Assembly (NCBI GenBank): GCA_902562135.1
Contig: CACESE010000007.1
Coordinates: 1,306-65,305, forward strand
Source: an uncultured SAR86 cluster bacterium
GTDB lineage: Bacteria; Pseudomonadota; Gammaproteobacteria; Magnimaribacterales; AG-339-G14
Direction of reading: 5' to 3'
Length of the DNA stretch: 64,000 bases
The position numbers and the translations under genes were made by a program. The notes under the pieces were generated by a model, which was not told the origin of the DNA, made no database searches, and saw only the letters and a list, made by a program, of their open reading frames with translations. Shown piece after piece: positions 28,426 through 38,159 of the stretch (position 1 is the first letter of the stretch; each line of letters opens with the position of its first letter).

Positions 28426-29505
28426 TTAATTAATTGTTGAAATTAATATTTCTTCTGAGTTGATTGGCAGTATTATTTGGGTGCCATCGTCTGATAAAGT
28501 CCATTCACTAAAAATTTCATCAACACCTCTAGTAAAAACGGTTTCCATTAAATCGATAACTGGGGCAGGAGCTAAATGATAAAAAACCAGATGCCCAGCA
28601 TTAGCTTCTTTGGCTAATCTAGCGCCATCAGTTGGAGAGATATGATAATCTTGAATATCAAACATTATTTTTGCATTTCTATCATTTCCAATTTCTTTTT
28701 GAGCTTTCTGAAGACGCCCAATGATATCCATCGATAAAGATTCTAGGAATAAAACATCGGTATCTTTTGCGAATTTGACGAGGTTGTCGCTGTAAATTGT
28801 ATCGCCGCTTATCACAAGAGACCTGCCTTTATAATCAAATCTAAATCCCAATGCGGGTTCGACAGGTTCGTGTTCTACTAAAAAAGCAGTAATTTTAAGT
28901 TCATTCTCGTTGTAAAACGGCTCTTGATTTTCAAGTAAGGTTATTGCTTCATAACCGAAAGCTTTTTCTACAAGAACTTCATCTCCGTGATGCTCATACC
29001 TGTACTTTGCGTCCAAAGAATATGCTTGTTCAAAACCATTTGTTACGGTTTTTATTCCTTCGGGTCCATAAACTTTGAGTTTACTTTTTCTTCCAGTGAC
29101 CCAGCTTCCTAAGTGAAAATCTTGTAAATCAGAAATATGATCTGAGTGTAAATGAGTTATTAGAATAGCTTCGAATTCAAAGGGAATACCAAAAGTTCTT
29201 AAATTACTCGCACTTCCATCTCCAGTATCGACGATGAAAACTCTTTCTCCAGCCTTCACGAGAATACAAGTTTCAGCTCTGTCAGGATTAGGCAAGGGTG
29301 ATCTTGATCCACAGACAATTGCACTTAAAGCATCTTCTTGAGTAAGAGGGCTTTCAGCATTGATTAAATTTGCAAGCCCAATATTTAATAATCTGTCTTG
29401 AACAGAAGGAATTCTTAACGCTATGAAGATTAAAATAAAAACAATTAAAATTATTGCAACGGAATATTTTAAAAACTTGCCCATTTTTTTTGAGTACCTT
29501 ATCAA
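28426..29505 (-). CDS. MBL-fold metallo-hydrolase with N-terminal TM anchor
   Basis: 'ITHLHSDHISD' (HxHxDH) and a downstream His/Asp pattern. Its stop directly abuts the stop of the CMD gene. Confidence 0.85.
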   Translation of the reverse strand: MIRYSKKMGKFLKYSVAIILIVFILIFIALRIPSVQDRLLNIGLANLINAESPLTQEDALSAIVCGSRSPLPNPDRAETCILVKAGERVFIVDTGDGSASNLRTFGIPFEFEAILITHLHSDHISDLQDFHLGSWVTGRKSKLKVYGPEGIKTVTNGFEQAYSLDAKYRYEHHGDEVLVEKAFGYEAITLLENQEPFYNENELKITAFLVEHEPVEPALGFRFDYKGRSLVISGDTIYSDNLVKFAKDTDVLFLESLSMDIIGRLQKAQKEIGNDRNAKIMFDIQDYHISPTDGARLAKEANAGHLVFYHLAPAPVIDLMETVFTRGVDEIFSEWTLSDDGTQIILPINSEEILISTIN

Positions 29506-29543
29506 TCGGCAGTTATACTGTCAAAATAACTAAGGGGAAGATT

Positions 29544-30608
29544 ATGGAGATTTTAAGAACACCAGAAAAATGCTTTGAAAATTTAAAGGACTACAGTTTC
29601 GAGCCACACTACACAACTATTAAAACTCATGACGATACAGATTTAAGAATTCATCACATTGATGTTGGCCCTAAAGAAGGACCAATTATTCTTTGTATGC
29701 ATGGTCAGCCTGTTTGGAGTTATCTTTATGTAAAAATGATCCCTTATTTTACTGAAGCTGGAATAAGAGTAATTTGTCCTGATTTACCTGGTTATGGAAA
29801 GTCTGATAAACCAGCTGCCAGAGAGGATTATAGCTTTCAAAGACAAGTTGATTGGATGACTGAATGGCTGAAAGCAAATAATTTAAAAAACTTAACTTTT
29901 TTTGGTCAAGATTGGGGAGGCTTAATAGGCTTAAGAATGATCGCTAGAGAGCCAGATCGGTTTGATAAAGTTTCTATGGGAAATACGGGATTACCTTACA
30001 ACCCTGATGTTCCTCAAAATATAATCGACGAAATTAAAGCTTTCAGGACAAGCAATATCAAGCTAACCCCAATGAAAATGGCAAGAGAAATAGGGAATAT
30101 GGACAAGGGTGTTGCTGCTCATCCGGGTTTAAAATTCATGTATTGGCAGAAATACTGTTGGGATACCAAAGACCTTCCGACTGGTTTTTTGATGAATACA
30201 ATGATGGGAGGTAGAGCAAATCTTTTAAATGGTCTTTATTATTTATTCGTGATGCTAGGCATTGGTAAATACTTTCCGATGAAATCAGATATCGCTAAAG
30301 CATATGATGCTCCTTTTCCTACTCCAGCTTATAAAATGGGAATTAGAGCTATGCCTATGCAAGTTCCAATAATTCCTGACCACTCTTTGGAAGCTCAAAG
30401 AGAAGCAAGAGAAGTTTTCAAGCATTGGGAAAAGCCTTTTTTGAGTATTTTTGCAGGAGATGACCCAGTGACAAATGGCATTGAAACAGACGTTTTAGAG
30501 ATGTGTCCTGTTGCTAAAAGCGCTCCACACATTGGAGGAGGCCACTTTTATCAATGGACAAAGCCCGAAGAGTTATCAAAACTCTTAATTAATTTTGTCA
30601 AAGAATAG
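29544..30608 (+). CDS. haloalkane dehalogenase (HLD-I, DhlA/DhmA-like)
   Basis: 'MHGQPVWSYLYVKMIP', 'PDLPGYGKSDKP' and nucleophile 'GQDWGG'. ATG 29544 follows AAGGGGA. The track's longer ORF from 29454 overlaps the divergent gene. Confidence 0.85.
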   Translation: MEILRTPEKCFENLKDYSFEPHYTTIKTHDDTDLRIHHIDVGPKEGPIILCMHGQPVWSYLYVKMIPYFTEAGIRVICPDLPGYGKSDKPAAREDYSFQRQVDWMTEWLKANNLKNLTFFGQDWGGLIGLRMIAREPDRFDKVSMGNTGLPYNPDVPQNIIDEIKAFRTSNIKLTPMKMAREIGNMDKGVAAHPGLKFMYWQKYCWDTKDLPTGFLMNTMMGGRANLLNGLYYLFVMLGIGKYFPMKSDIAKAYDAPFPTPAYKMGIRAMPMQVPIIPDHSLEAQREAREVFKHWEKPFLSIFAGDDPVTNGIETDVLEMCPVAKSAPHIGGGHFYQWTKPEELSKLLINFVKE

Positions 30609-30618
30609 GAGATAAAAA

Positions 30619-31026
30619 TTGAAAGTAGAAAATAAAGTAATGCCAAGCGAGGAGCAAATGGCAGAGTTCTTGGAGCCCGGAAATGATGAGCCAATTTATA
30701 TGGTTAATCTATTGAAATTTAAGGAAAAAGCAGAGTACCCAGATAAAAGAACAACCGATCTCTCAGGAAAAGAAGCATACGCAATTTACGCCGAAGAAGT
30801 TCAAGGCCATTTGGCTAAAGTGGGTGGAAAGTCAATTTTTGGAGCAGAAGTTGAGAGGTTAATGTTGGGAGAGGTGGAAGAGTTATGGGACATGGTAGCG
30901 ATTGCAACTTATCCAAATAGAAAAGCTATGTTGGATATGATTTCAGATCCCGATTACATAAAAAGCGCCCAACATAGAGTTGCAGGATTAGCAGGGCAAT
31001 TGAATATAGAAACAAAAATCAAATGA
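30619..31026 (+). CDS. DUF1330 domain protein
   Basis: 'PIYMVNLLKFKEKAEY ... WDMVAIATYPNRKAMLDM' is a DUF1330 pattern. TTG start, 6 nt after AGGAGA. Confidence 0.7.
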   Translation: MKVENKVMPSEEQMAEFLEPGNDEPIYMVNLLKFKEKAEYPDKRTTDLSGKEAYAIYAEEVQGHLAKVGGKSIFGAEVERLMLGEVEELWDMVAIATYPNRKAMLDMISDPDYIKSAQHRVAGLAGQLNIETKIK

Positions 31027-32075
31027 ATAACAAAGACCCAATAGTATTGATTGGAAGTCCTCCATCTCCCTACACAAGAAAAATGATCGCATTACTGAGA
31101 TTCAAACAAATACCTTACAAAGTAATTTGGGGAGACCCTGTGCAATTATTGACTAGTGGAGATTTAGCAAATTTAAATATCGATCCACCAAAGCCAAGTC
31201 TACTTCCCACATTCATTTTAGAAAACGAATCGAATGAATTATCAGCTTTCACTGATTCTACTCCGTTGATTCGCAGATTTGAAAAGGAGTATTCTTCAAG
31301 AAATTCTATTCCAATTAATCCGGTCTTAAGTTTTTTAAATTATGTTTTGGAAGATTTTGCAGACGAATGGGTGACAAAATATATGTTTCATTATCGATGG
31401 CACTTCGATGAAGACATAGACAATGCAGGAACGCTTTTACCTCTAAATCAGGTTGTTAATTTAGATAGCAAATCATTATCGTCTTTTAAAGAGCATATTG
31501 CCCAAAGACAAATTGGTAGGTTGGGAGTTGTTGGATCAAGTGATGTTACTGCGGCAGCAATAGAAAGAAGCTATGAGAGATTTTTGAATTTATTAGAAGA
31601 GCATTTTTCACAATTCCCTTTTTTACTGGGTAATAGACCTGCTTCTTGCGATTTTGCTTTGTTTGGTCAATTGAGTCAGTTAGTCGGATTTGATCCAACT
31701 TCTAGAAAGATTGCACATAAAGTCTCACCAAGAACCGTAGCTTGGACAAATATTATGGAAGATTTATCGGGGCTTGAAGTCTCTGACGAGGACTGGATTG
31801 ATGAAGAGTTATCTGAATCTTTAACTAATATCTTTAAAGAAATAGGCAGAGTGTATGTACCAGCTCTTTTAGCAAACGAAAAAGCCTTAATAGATCAAGA
31901 AAAAACTTGGAAGGCAATGATTGATGATTCGAATTGGTCTCAACAAACTTTTCCTTATCAAGTTAAATGCTTACGTTGGATAAATGATGAGTATCAAAAA
32001 TTAAATGACGAAGAAAAAACAAAGGTTTCAAACTTTTTAGACAAAACACACTGCATAAATTTAATAAGGAGATAA
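31023..32075 (+). CDS. glutathione S-transferase-like protein (long form)
   Basis: Thioredoxin-like N-terminus ('LIGSPPSPYTRKMIALLRFKQIPY') and a GST C-terminal-like region ('NRPASCDFALFGQL'). Confidence 0.7.
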   Translation: MNNKDPIVLIGSPPSPYTRKMIALLRFKQIPYKVIWGDPVQLLTSGDLANLNIDPPKPSLLPTFILENESNELSAFTDSTPLIRRFEKEYSSRNSIPINPVLSFLNYVLEDFADEWVTKYMFHYRWHFDEDIDNAGTLLPLNQVVNLDSKSLSSFKEHIAQRQIGRLGVVGSSDVTAAAIERSYERFLNLLEEHFSQFPFLLGNRPASCDFALFGQLSQLVGFDPTSRKIAHKVSPRTVAWTNIMEDLSGLEVSDEDWIDEELSESLTNIFKEIGRVYVPALLANEKALIDQEKTWKAMIDDSNWSQQTFPYQVKCLRWINDEYQKLNDEEKTKVSNFLDKTHCINLIRR

Positions 32076-32077
32076 AA

Positions 32078-33184
32078 ATGAGAGAGTTTCAAGTATTAAA
32101 GAGTGATATTACGAAAACAAGAATTGCCGAAGTTGATATAAATCAATCAGGTTTAGAAAAAGACGAGATTCTTGTACAAATAGAAAACTTTTCTTTCACT
32201 GCCAATAATATAAGCTACGGTGTTGCAGGAGACTCGCTAGGCTATTGGCAATTTTTTCCTGCGAAAGATAATCAAAACGGAGAATGGGGGTGTATCCCAA
32301 TGTGGGGGTTCGCAAAAGTTGTAAAATCCAATCACGATGAAATTAAAGAATCTGAAAGACTTTTTGGCTATTTTCCTCCTTCAGATTTTTTAAAAATTCA
32401 ACCTGCGAAAATTTCAAGTCAAAATTTTTTTGATTCAACTCCGCACCGTAAAGATCTTCCAGTAATTTACAATAATTATGTAAGGCTTGAAGGTGAAGCC
32501 GATTATGATGCCTCAAATGATTCCATAAGAGCCTTATTATTCCCGCTGCATTTAACAGCTTTTTGTTTATGCGATGCTTTGTTGTATGAAAACTATTATG
32601 ATTGTGAACAAATAATTATTTTAAGCGCATCGAGTAAAACTGCTATTGGTTTGGCACAAGGACTATCGGAAGCAGATACCGCGCCTAAAGTTTTTGGATT
32701 TACTTCAAAAAAAAATAAAGAATTCGTAGAGAGTTTAAATTGTTATGATGAAATTTTACCTTACGAAGAAATAGATAATTTAGACTTTAGTAAAAATTCA
32801 GTCATTGTGGATATGGCAGGAAATCCAGCAATAATGGAAAAGCTTTCAACCCTCCTGCAAGATAATCTAAAAAAATTCTTAACTGTAGGAGCAACACATT
32901 GGCAAAAAATTACTTCTACCGAAGATGTGATAGCAAATGTTCAAGATTCACGTTTTGAATTTTTTTTCGCACCCGGACATGCTCAAAAGAGATCAGGTGA
33001 ATGGGGTGCAGAAAAATTTAACAAAATTGCCAACGAGTTTTTAAAGAAAAGGTCAGAGCAAAGTAAAAGTTGGATGAATATAAATGAAATAAGAGATTTT
33101 GAGGGATTGTCAGAGATATACAACGATATGTTAACTGGCGATGTAGAGCCTAAACTTGGGTTGATAATTAATTTAAATAAGTGA
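32078..33184 (+). CDS. DUF2855 family (MDR-like) protein
   Basis: 368 aa. N-terminal pattern and size recalled as DUF2855. Moderate confidence. Confidence 0.5.
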   Translation: MREFQVLKSDITKTRIAEVDINQSGLEKDEILVQIENFSFTANNISYGVAGDSLGYWQFFPAKDNQNGEWGCIPMWGFAKVVKSNHDEIKESERLFGYFPPSDFLKIQPAKISSQNFFDSTPHRKDLPVIYNNYVRLEGEADYDASNDSIRALLFPLHLTAFCLCDALLYENYYDCEQIIILSASSKTAIGLAQGLSEADTAPKVFGFTSKKNKEFVESLNCYDEILPYEEIDNLDFSKNSVIVDMAGNPAIMEKLSTLLQDNLKKFLTVGATHWQKITSTEDVIANVQDSRFEFFFAPGHAQKRSGEWGAEKFNKIANEFLKKRSEQSKSWMNINEIRDFEGLSEIYNDMLTGDVEPKLGLIINLNK

Positions 33185-33651
33185 ACTTAATACAAATAAT
33201 ATTTCCAAAAGACCCGACAAATTATTACGGTAGTAATTTAGCTTTTTACGGTTTAATTTTATTTACTGGTCTTCTTATATGGAGAAGTTTAGTACATTTC
33301 TTATTTTGGGAATTTGGTTTGCATGACATTGCTAGTGTAAACCGATTAGACGGTACACCTGATCCTATGCCCTTGGTCTATATATTTTTTTCTTTATGGG
33401 GTTTAGAGCAAGTAATTAGAACTAGCTTGACGATATTAGTTCTTTTCAAATATAAAGGTTTTATTCCCTTAATGTTGTTAGTCAATTTATTTGAGTGGAG
33501 CATGAGAGGAATATATCCTTTAACTAACTTTTTTCCTTCCATCTCAGATGAATATAAAAATGGAATTACCCCAGGTGTAGAAGGAATTCCATTTATAATA
33601 CTTTTTTTGTTAGTTATTTTTATTCTTTCATTAAGGGTCAAAAAAAATTGA
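33181..33651 (+). CDS. hypothetical membrane protein
   Basis: 156 aa with 4 TM segments. GTG start overlaps the upstream stop by 4 nt. Confidence 0.5.
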   Translation: MNLIQIIFPKDPTNYYGSNLAFYGLILFTGLLIWRSLVHFLFWEFGLHDIASVNRLDGTPDPMPLVYIFFSLWGLEQVIRTSLTILVLFKYKGFIPLMLLVNLFEWSMRGIYPLTNFFPSISDEYKNGITPGVEGIPFIILFLLVIFILSLRVKKN

Positions 33652-33709
33652 AAGATTCTGGTTTTATTAATTTAGACTGTTTTTTATATTATTATTTAAA
33701 TGAAGAATT

Positions 33710-34633
33710 ATGAATAGAGTAACAGAACACTTAGGTACAAAATTTCCAATTATTCAAGCTCCAATGGGTTGGATAGCAAGGAGCCAATTGGCGTCCGCAG
33801 TATCTAATGCAGGAGGTCTTGGAGTTATAGAAACTTCTTCTGGAGAAGTAGAAGCTTGTAAAGAAGAAATTAAAAAAATGGCTTCATTAACCGACAAACC
33901 TTTTGGAGTAAATCTTCCAATTCTTTTTTTACAAGATGATTCAATTGTTGATTTTGTAGCAGAATGTGGAGTCAAATTTGTAACCACATCTGCTGGAAGC
34001 CCCGCAAAGTATATTGATCGTCTCAAGTCAGCTGGGTTGATTGTATACCATGCCGTTCCAAGCATGATTGGAGCACTAAAAGCTCAGGAAGCTGGAGTCG
34101 ACGGATTGGTTGTCGAAGGGACTGAGGGTGGAGGATTCAAAAACCCTGAGGAAATAGGTCTACACGTTTTAATACAAGCCATAAGGAAAAAAATTGATTT
34201 ACCAATTATTGCAGCCGGAGGCATTGCGGATGGAATCGGAATGGCTGCAGCTTTTGCTTGTGGAGCTGAGGGAATTCAAATGGGAACGCGATTTGTTTCG
34301 AGCAAAGAAAGTCCAGTACATCAGAATTGGAAGGATGCAATTTTATCTGGTTCTGAGTCAGATACTTATGTTTTAAATAAATCTGGTTCGCCATGTTTAA
34401 GAGCTATTAAAACAGACTATTCCAAAGAAATTTTTGAAAAAGGATCAATGGATATGAGTGTTTTTAAAGGAGTTCAAGACCTATATTTTGGCGGCGACCT
34501 TAACGCTGCCCCGGCTCTAACTGGGCAATCTATGGGTTTAATCGATGAAGTCAAAAGTGTTGAAGAAATTATCAGCTTAACTGTAAGAGAATTTAACCAG
34601 ACTTTAGATTTATTGAATAAGGCAAAGATTTAG
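33710..34633 (+). CDS. nitronate monooxygenase / FabK-like FMN oxidoreductase
   Basis: 'FPIIQAPMGWIA' and 'IIAAGGIADG' motifs. Confidence 0.9.
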   Translation: MNRVTEHLGTKFPIIQAPMGWIARSQLASAVSNAGGLGVIETSSGEVEACKEEIKKMASLTDKPFGVNLPILFLQDDSIVDFVAECGVKFVTTSAGSPAKYIDRLKSAGLIVYHAVPSMIGALKAQEAGVDGLVVEGTEGGGFKNPEEIGLHVLIQAIRKKIDLPIIAAGGIADGIGMAAAFACGAEGIQMGTRFVSSKESPVHQNWKDAILSGSESDTYVLNKSGSPCLRAIKTDYSKEIFEKGSMDMSVFKGVQDLYFGGDLNAAPALTGQSMGLIDEVKSVEEIISLTVREFNQTLDLLNKAKI

Positions 34634-36190
34634 TCATTTTGGTGAAATGATAGTTGAAGAAGCTTTTTTTAGTTTCTTTGGATAATCAATATTGTAATGC
34701 AGCCCTCTACTTTCTTTCCTTTTAATAGCGCTATCAATTATTAATTCAGATACCTGAACAAGATTTCTTAGTTCTAGAAAATCCGAAGTCACTTCAAAAT
34801 TTTTATAAAATTCTTGAACCTCGTTTTTAATTAGCTTCATTTTGTCTTTAGCTTTTTTAAGTCTGTCATTACTTCTAACTATGCCAACGTAATTCCACAT
34901 TAATCTTCTGGAAGCATCCCAATTGTGATTAATTAAAATATTTTCTCCAGCTTTTATTACTTTTGAATCATCCCACTCAGGAATTGATTTTCTATTATGA
35001 GAAAAATTCTCTTTGATATCTTGCGCAGCGGCCTTTGCAAAGACAACGCATTCAAGAAGAGAGTTACTTGCCATTCTATTGGCTCCGTGAAGTCCAGTTG
35101 AAGAAGTTTCGCCTATTGCATACAAGGATTTAATATCTGTTTGCCCTTTGAGATCTGTCAAAATTCCTCCACAAGTGTAGTGAGCCGCAGGAACTACAGG
35201 AATTGGAGATTGTGTTATATCAAATCCATATTCCAAACATTTTTTATGAATACTTGGAAAAGAATTTTTTATTTCTTTAGAAGGTTTGTGGGAAATATCT
35301 AACAAAACATTATCTTTTCCACTAACTTTCATTTCATTATCAATTGACCTTGCAACAATGTCTCTTGGAGCTAGGTCGGCCTTAGAATTATATTTTTTCA
35401 TGAAAGGAATTCCTGAAGTAGTTTTTAAAATTGCACCTTCTCCTCTTAAAGCTTCAGAAATTAAAAAGGATTTTGCATCTGGATGAAAAAGACATGTTGG
35501 GTGAAATTGATTGAATTCCATGTTTTCTAATCGACATCCTGCCCTCCAAGCAAGCGCATAGCCATCGCCGCTTGCTCCATCAGGATTACTAGTATAAAGA
35601 TAAGCTTTACTAGCTCCTCCAGTTGCAAGAATTATTGCTCCTGCTGAAATACTTAATACATTTTCTTTGTTTTTATTAAAAACGTATGCTCCGAGACAGT
35701 TATTGTTTTTAACAATAAGATCAACCGCTAAGTGGTTTTCAAGTATTTTAATATTTTTATTTTTAAGAACTTTACCTGCCAAAGAATCAGATACTTCTCT
35801 TCCAGTTGCATCAGCAGCATGCACGACTCTTCTATAAGAATGCCCTCCTTCCTGAGTTAAATGAAGATCTGAAGCATTATTTTTTTTGGTGAATACAACA
35901 CCGTTGTTTTGTAACCATTGGATTGCTTCTTTTCCATTTTCTATACAAAATTCGACCGCTTTTTCATCACACAATCCATCTCCAACTTTCAAAGTATCTT
36001 CAATATGACTTTGAGTTGAGTCTTCTTCAGCAAGAACAGCAGCTATACCGCCTTGGGCATACCATGTAGAACTATCAATAATTTGATTTTTTGAGATAAC
36101 TGTTATTTTAAAACTATCAGATAATTCTATTGCTGCTGTTAGTCCGGCTGCACCACTACCAATTATTAAAATGTCTGTTTTGATGACCAA
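34634..36190 (-). CDS. nadB: L-aspartate oxidase
   Basis: 'DILIIGSGAAGL', 'AQGGIAA', 'HPT' and 'ESRGLHY' blocks. 518 aa. Confidence 0.95.
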   Translation of the reverse strand: MVIKTDILIIGSGAAGLTAAIELSDSFKITVISKNQIIDSSTWYAQGGIAAVLAEEDSTQSHIEDTLKVGDGLCDEKAVEFCIENGKEAIQWLQNNGVVFTKKNNASDLHLTQEGGHSYRRVVHAADATGREVSDSLAGKVLKNKNIKILENHLAVDLIVKNNNCLGAYVFNKNKENVLSISAGAIILATGGASKAYLYTSNPDGASGDGYALAWRAGCRLENMEFNQFHPTCLFHPDAKSFLISEALRGEGAILKTTSGIPFMKKYNSKADLAPRDIVARSIDNEMKVSGKDNVLLDISHKPSKEIKNSFPSIHKKCLEYGFDITQSPIPVVPAAHYTCGGILTDLKGQTDIKSLYAIGETSSTGLHGANRMASNSLLECVVFAKAAAQDIKENFSHNRKSIPEWDDSKVIKAGENILINHNWDASRRLMWNYVGIVRSNDRLKKAKDKMKLIKNEVQEFYKNFEVTSDFLELRNLVQVSELIIDSAIKRKESRGLHYNIDYPKKLKKASSTIISPK

Positions 36191-36191
36191 T

Positions 36192-36401
36192 TTATAAAAA
36201 TATTCTAAATAATGAAGCCGTCAGCAGTGCAATTAAAATTATCACGAATAAGTATTTTACAAACCAGTATTTATTAGAGGTCCAATCAATTCTATTAGTT
36301 CTGTTTCTTTGCTTTTCAGAAGCTCTCATAGGGCCAATGAAAAAAAATATTGCTAACGAAGCAATAGCAATTAATGAAAAAAAGATAAGATTTGAATCCA
36401 C
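36192..36401 (-). CDS. small 2-TM membrane protein
   Basis: 69 aa. GTG start overlaps the stop of the upstream BI-1 gene (TAGTG). Confidence 0.45.
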   Translation of the reverse strand: MDSNLIFFSLIAIASLAIFFFIGPMRASEKQRNRTNRIDWTSNKYWFVKYLFVIILIALLTASLFRIFL

Positions 36402-37177
36402 TAACGACTTCTGAGTTTCGCAAGTAATCTTAGCATTTCAAGATAAAGCCAAATCAAGGTTACCATTAAGGAAAAAGCACCGAACCATTCCATATATTTT
36501 GGTGCATTTTGTTCTGAGCCTTGTTCGATGAAGTCAAAATCTAGAACTAAGTTCAAAGCAGCAATTGCTACTACGAACAAACTAAATCCTATTCCGAATA
36601 AACCGTTAGAGTGTATAAATCCAATGTCTGAGCCAAACATATTCATTATAATACTCACAGTATAGAGTAAGGCTATTCCCATAGTAGCCGAGACTATCAT
36701 AAGTCTAAAGTTCTCTGTTGGCTTGATTATGCCTGTTTTGTAAAGCAGTAAAAGAGAGGATAGGGTGCCCAGTGTTAATCCCACCGCTTGTATCACGATT
36801 CCTTGATATTGAGATTCAAAAATTGCTGAAATAGCTCCTAAAAAAAGCCCTTGAGCAAGAGCATATGCAGGACCAGTTATTCCTGACCAAGATGGTTTGA
36901 ACATGGTCACTATTGCTAAAATGAAGCCTGTAATAGCGCCGCCAATCCCCAAAGGCATTACCGCAGAAGCGTCTCTTGTTTCGAAATATAAGTTCCAAGT
37001 CAAGGTAGCAGACAATGTAACTAGCAGCAATAAAATCCCAGTTTTATTGACTGTACCCTGTAAGGTCATGAAACCTCCTCCAACAGAATCAGAAGAACTA
37101 AAGTTTGAAAAAGTTGCATCGTTAAGGGTAGGATTTCCTGAACGACCAAATATTTGAAGTGCGTTATGTTTTGACAT
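36401..37177 (-). CDS. Bax inhibitor-1/YccA-family membrane protein (COG4760 type)
   Basis: 'FGRSGNPTL' N-terminus followed by 6-7 TM helices. Confidence 0.7.
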   Translation of the reverse strand: MSKHNALQIFGRSGNPTLNDATFSNFSSSDSVGGGFMTLQGTVNKTGILLLLVTLSATLTWNLYFETRDASAVMPLGIGGAITGFILAIVTMFKPSWSGITGPAYALAQGLFLGAISAIFESQYQGIVIQAVGLTLGTLSSLLLLYKTGIIKPTENFRLMIVSATMGIALLYTVSIIMNMFGSDIGFIHSNGLFGIGFSLFVVAIAALNLVLDFDFIEQGSEQNAPKYMEWFGAFSLMVTLIWLYLEMLRLLAKLRSR

Positions 37178-37215
37178 ATTTATAAGTTAAAATTAATTAA
37201 GTTTTATTTTACACC

Positions 37216-37554
37216 ATGTCTGCACTAACTAATGCTTATATTTTTTTAATATTAGCAATTATTGCTGAGGTAATTGGAACCTTGTATTTAAGAGAAACTG
37301 AAGGTTTTACAAAAGTTATTCCTTCAGTAATTACCGCGATTTCCTATGCTGCTAGTTTTTACTGGCTCTCTTTTACTCTAGATGAAATTCCTGTTGGCGT
37401 AGCTTATGCAACATGGTCAGGAGTAGGTATTTTTTTGATAACTGGCCTTGCTGCCATTAAGTATTTGCAAATTCCAAATTTGTTCACAACTGTTGGAATG
37501 GGTTTTGTTATAGTTGGAGTTGTGCTGATAAATTTATTCAGCTCAGAAAATTAA
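37216..37554 (+). CDS. SMR-family multidrug efflux protein (EmrE/QacE-like)
   Basis: 112 aa with 4 TM segments. 'LAIIAEVIGTLYLRETEGFT' (membrane Glu) and 'VAYATWSGVGI' align closely with EmrE. Confidence 0.9.
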   Translation: MSALTNAYIFLILAIIAEVIGTLYLRETEGFTKVIPSVITAISYAASFYWLSFTLDEIPVGVAYATWSGVGIFLITGLAAIKYLQIPNLFTTVGMGFVIVGVVLINLFSSEN

Positions 37555-38132
37555 GGAATTAACCAATTCAACTGGGCTTTATTATCTTTCCAAGTAAATT
37601 TACTTCTTCTATGGCCAATATTCTTTAAATAAAGAAACTCTAGCTCATAATATTTAAATATTAATACGCCAAAGTTTTGGTAGCCATCTTCTATATTAAT
37701 TTTTTCTTTATCAAGGTCATATTTTTCAGGATGAGTAATAATTTCGCCTGGTGCACCTTTTACTGAATAACAAAGTTTAGACATCTCTCTCGAGTTATTC
37801 CAAGCCAACAAACTAGTCTCATCATTATGATGAAGATTTACATTTCCTCTCAATCTGAGCTGAACTTTTTTTTCTGGATCATACGCATGAATGAAAGCTA
37901 AGTTATTTTCATTTAAAGAGTGAATTTTTTTTGATCTCAAGTCTGTATGAAATCTCATATATCTTTCATTTCTGTTGTATTCCCTTAAAACAACTGTGCG
38001 CGGCGTATCTAAAATACTTAATGTAGGAGAATGAAAAATCGACTTAGAATTACTGACCGCATCTTCGAGCAAACTTTCGGCATACTCTAAGGAAAGTTCT
38101 AAGGAATTATAAAAATCTATGTCTGAATTCAT
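37551..38132 (-). CDS. pyridoxamine 5'-phosphate oxidase-like FMN-binding protein
   Basis: 193 aa with a split-barrel-like pattern ('RTVVLREY ... RFHTDLRSKK'). Moderate call. Confidence 0.55.
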   Translation of the reverse strand: MNSDIDFYNSLELSLEYAESLLEDAVSNSKSIFHSPTLSILDTPRTVVLREYNRNERYMRFHTDLRSKKIHSLNENNLAFIHAYDPEKKVQLRLRGNVNLHHNDETSLLAWNNSREMSKLCYSVKGAPGEIITHPEKYDLDKEKINIEDGYQNFGVLIFKYYELEFLYLKNIGHRRSKFTWKDNKAQLNWLIP

Positions 38133-38159
38133 ATATTATTTCTTATTAAACAATTAATT

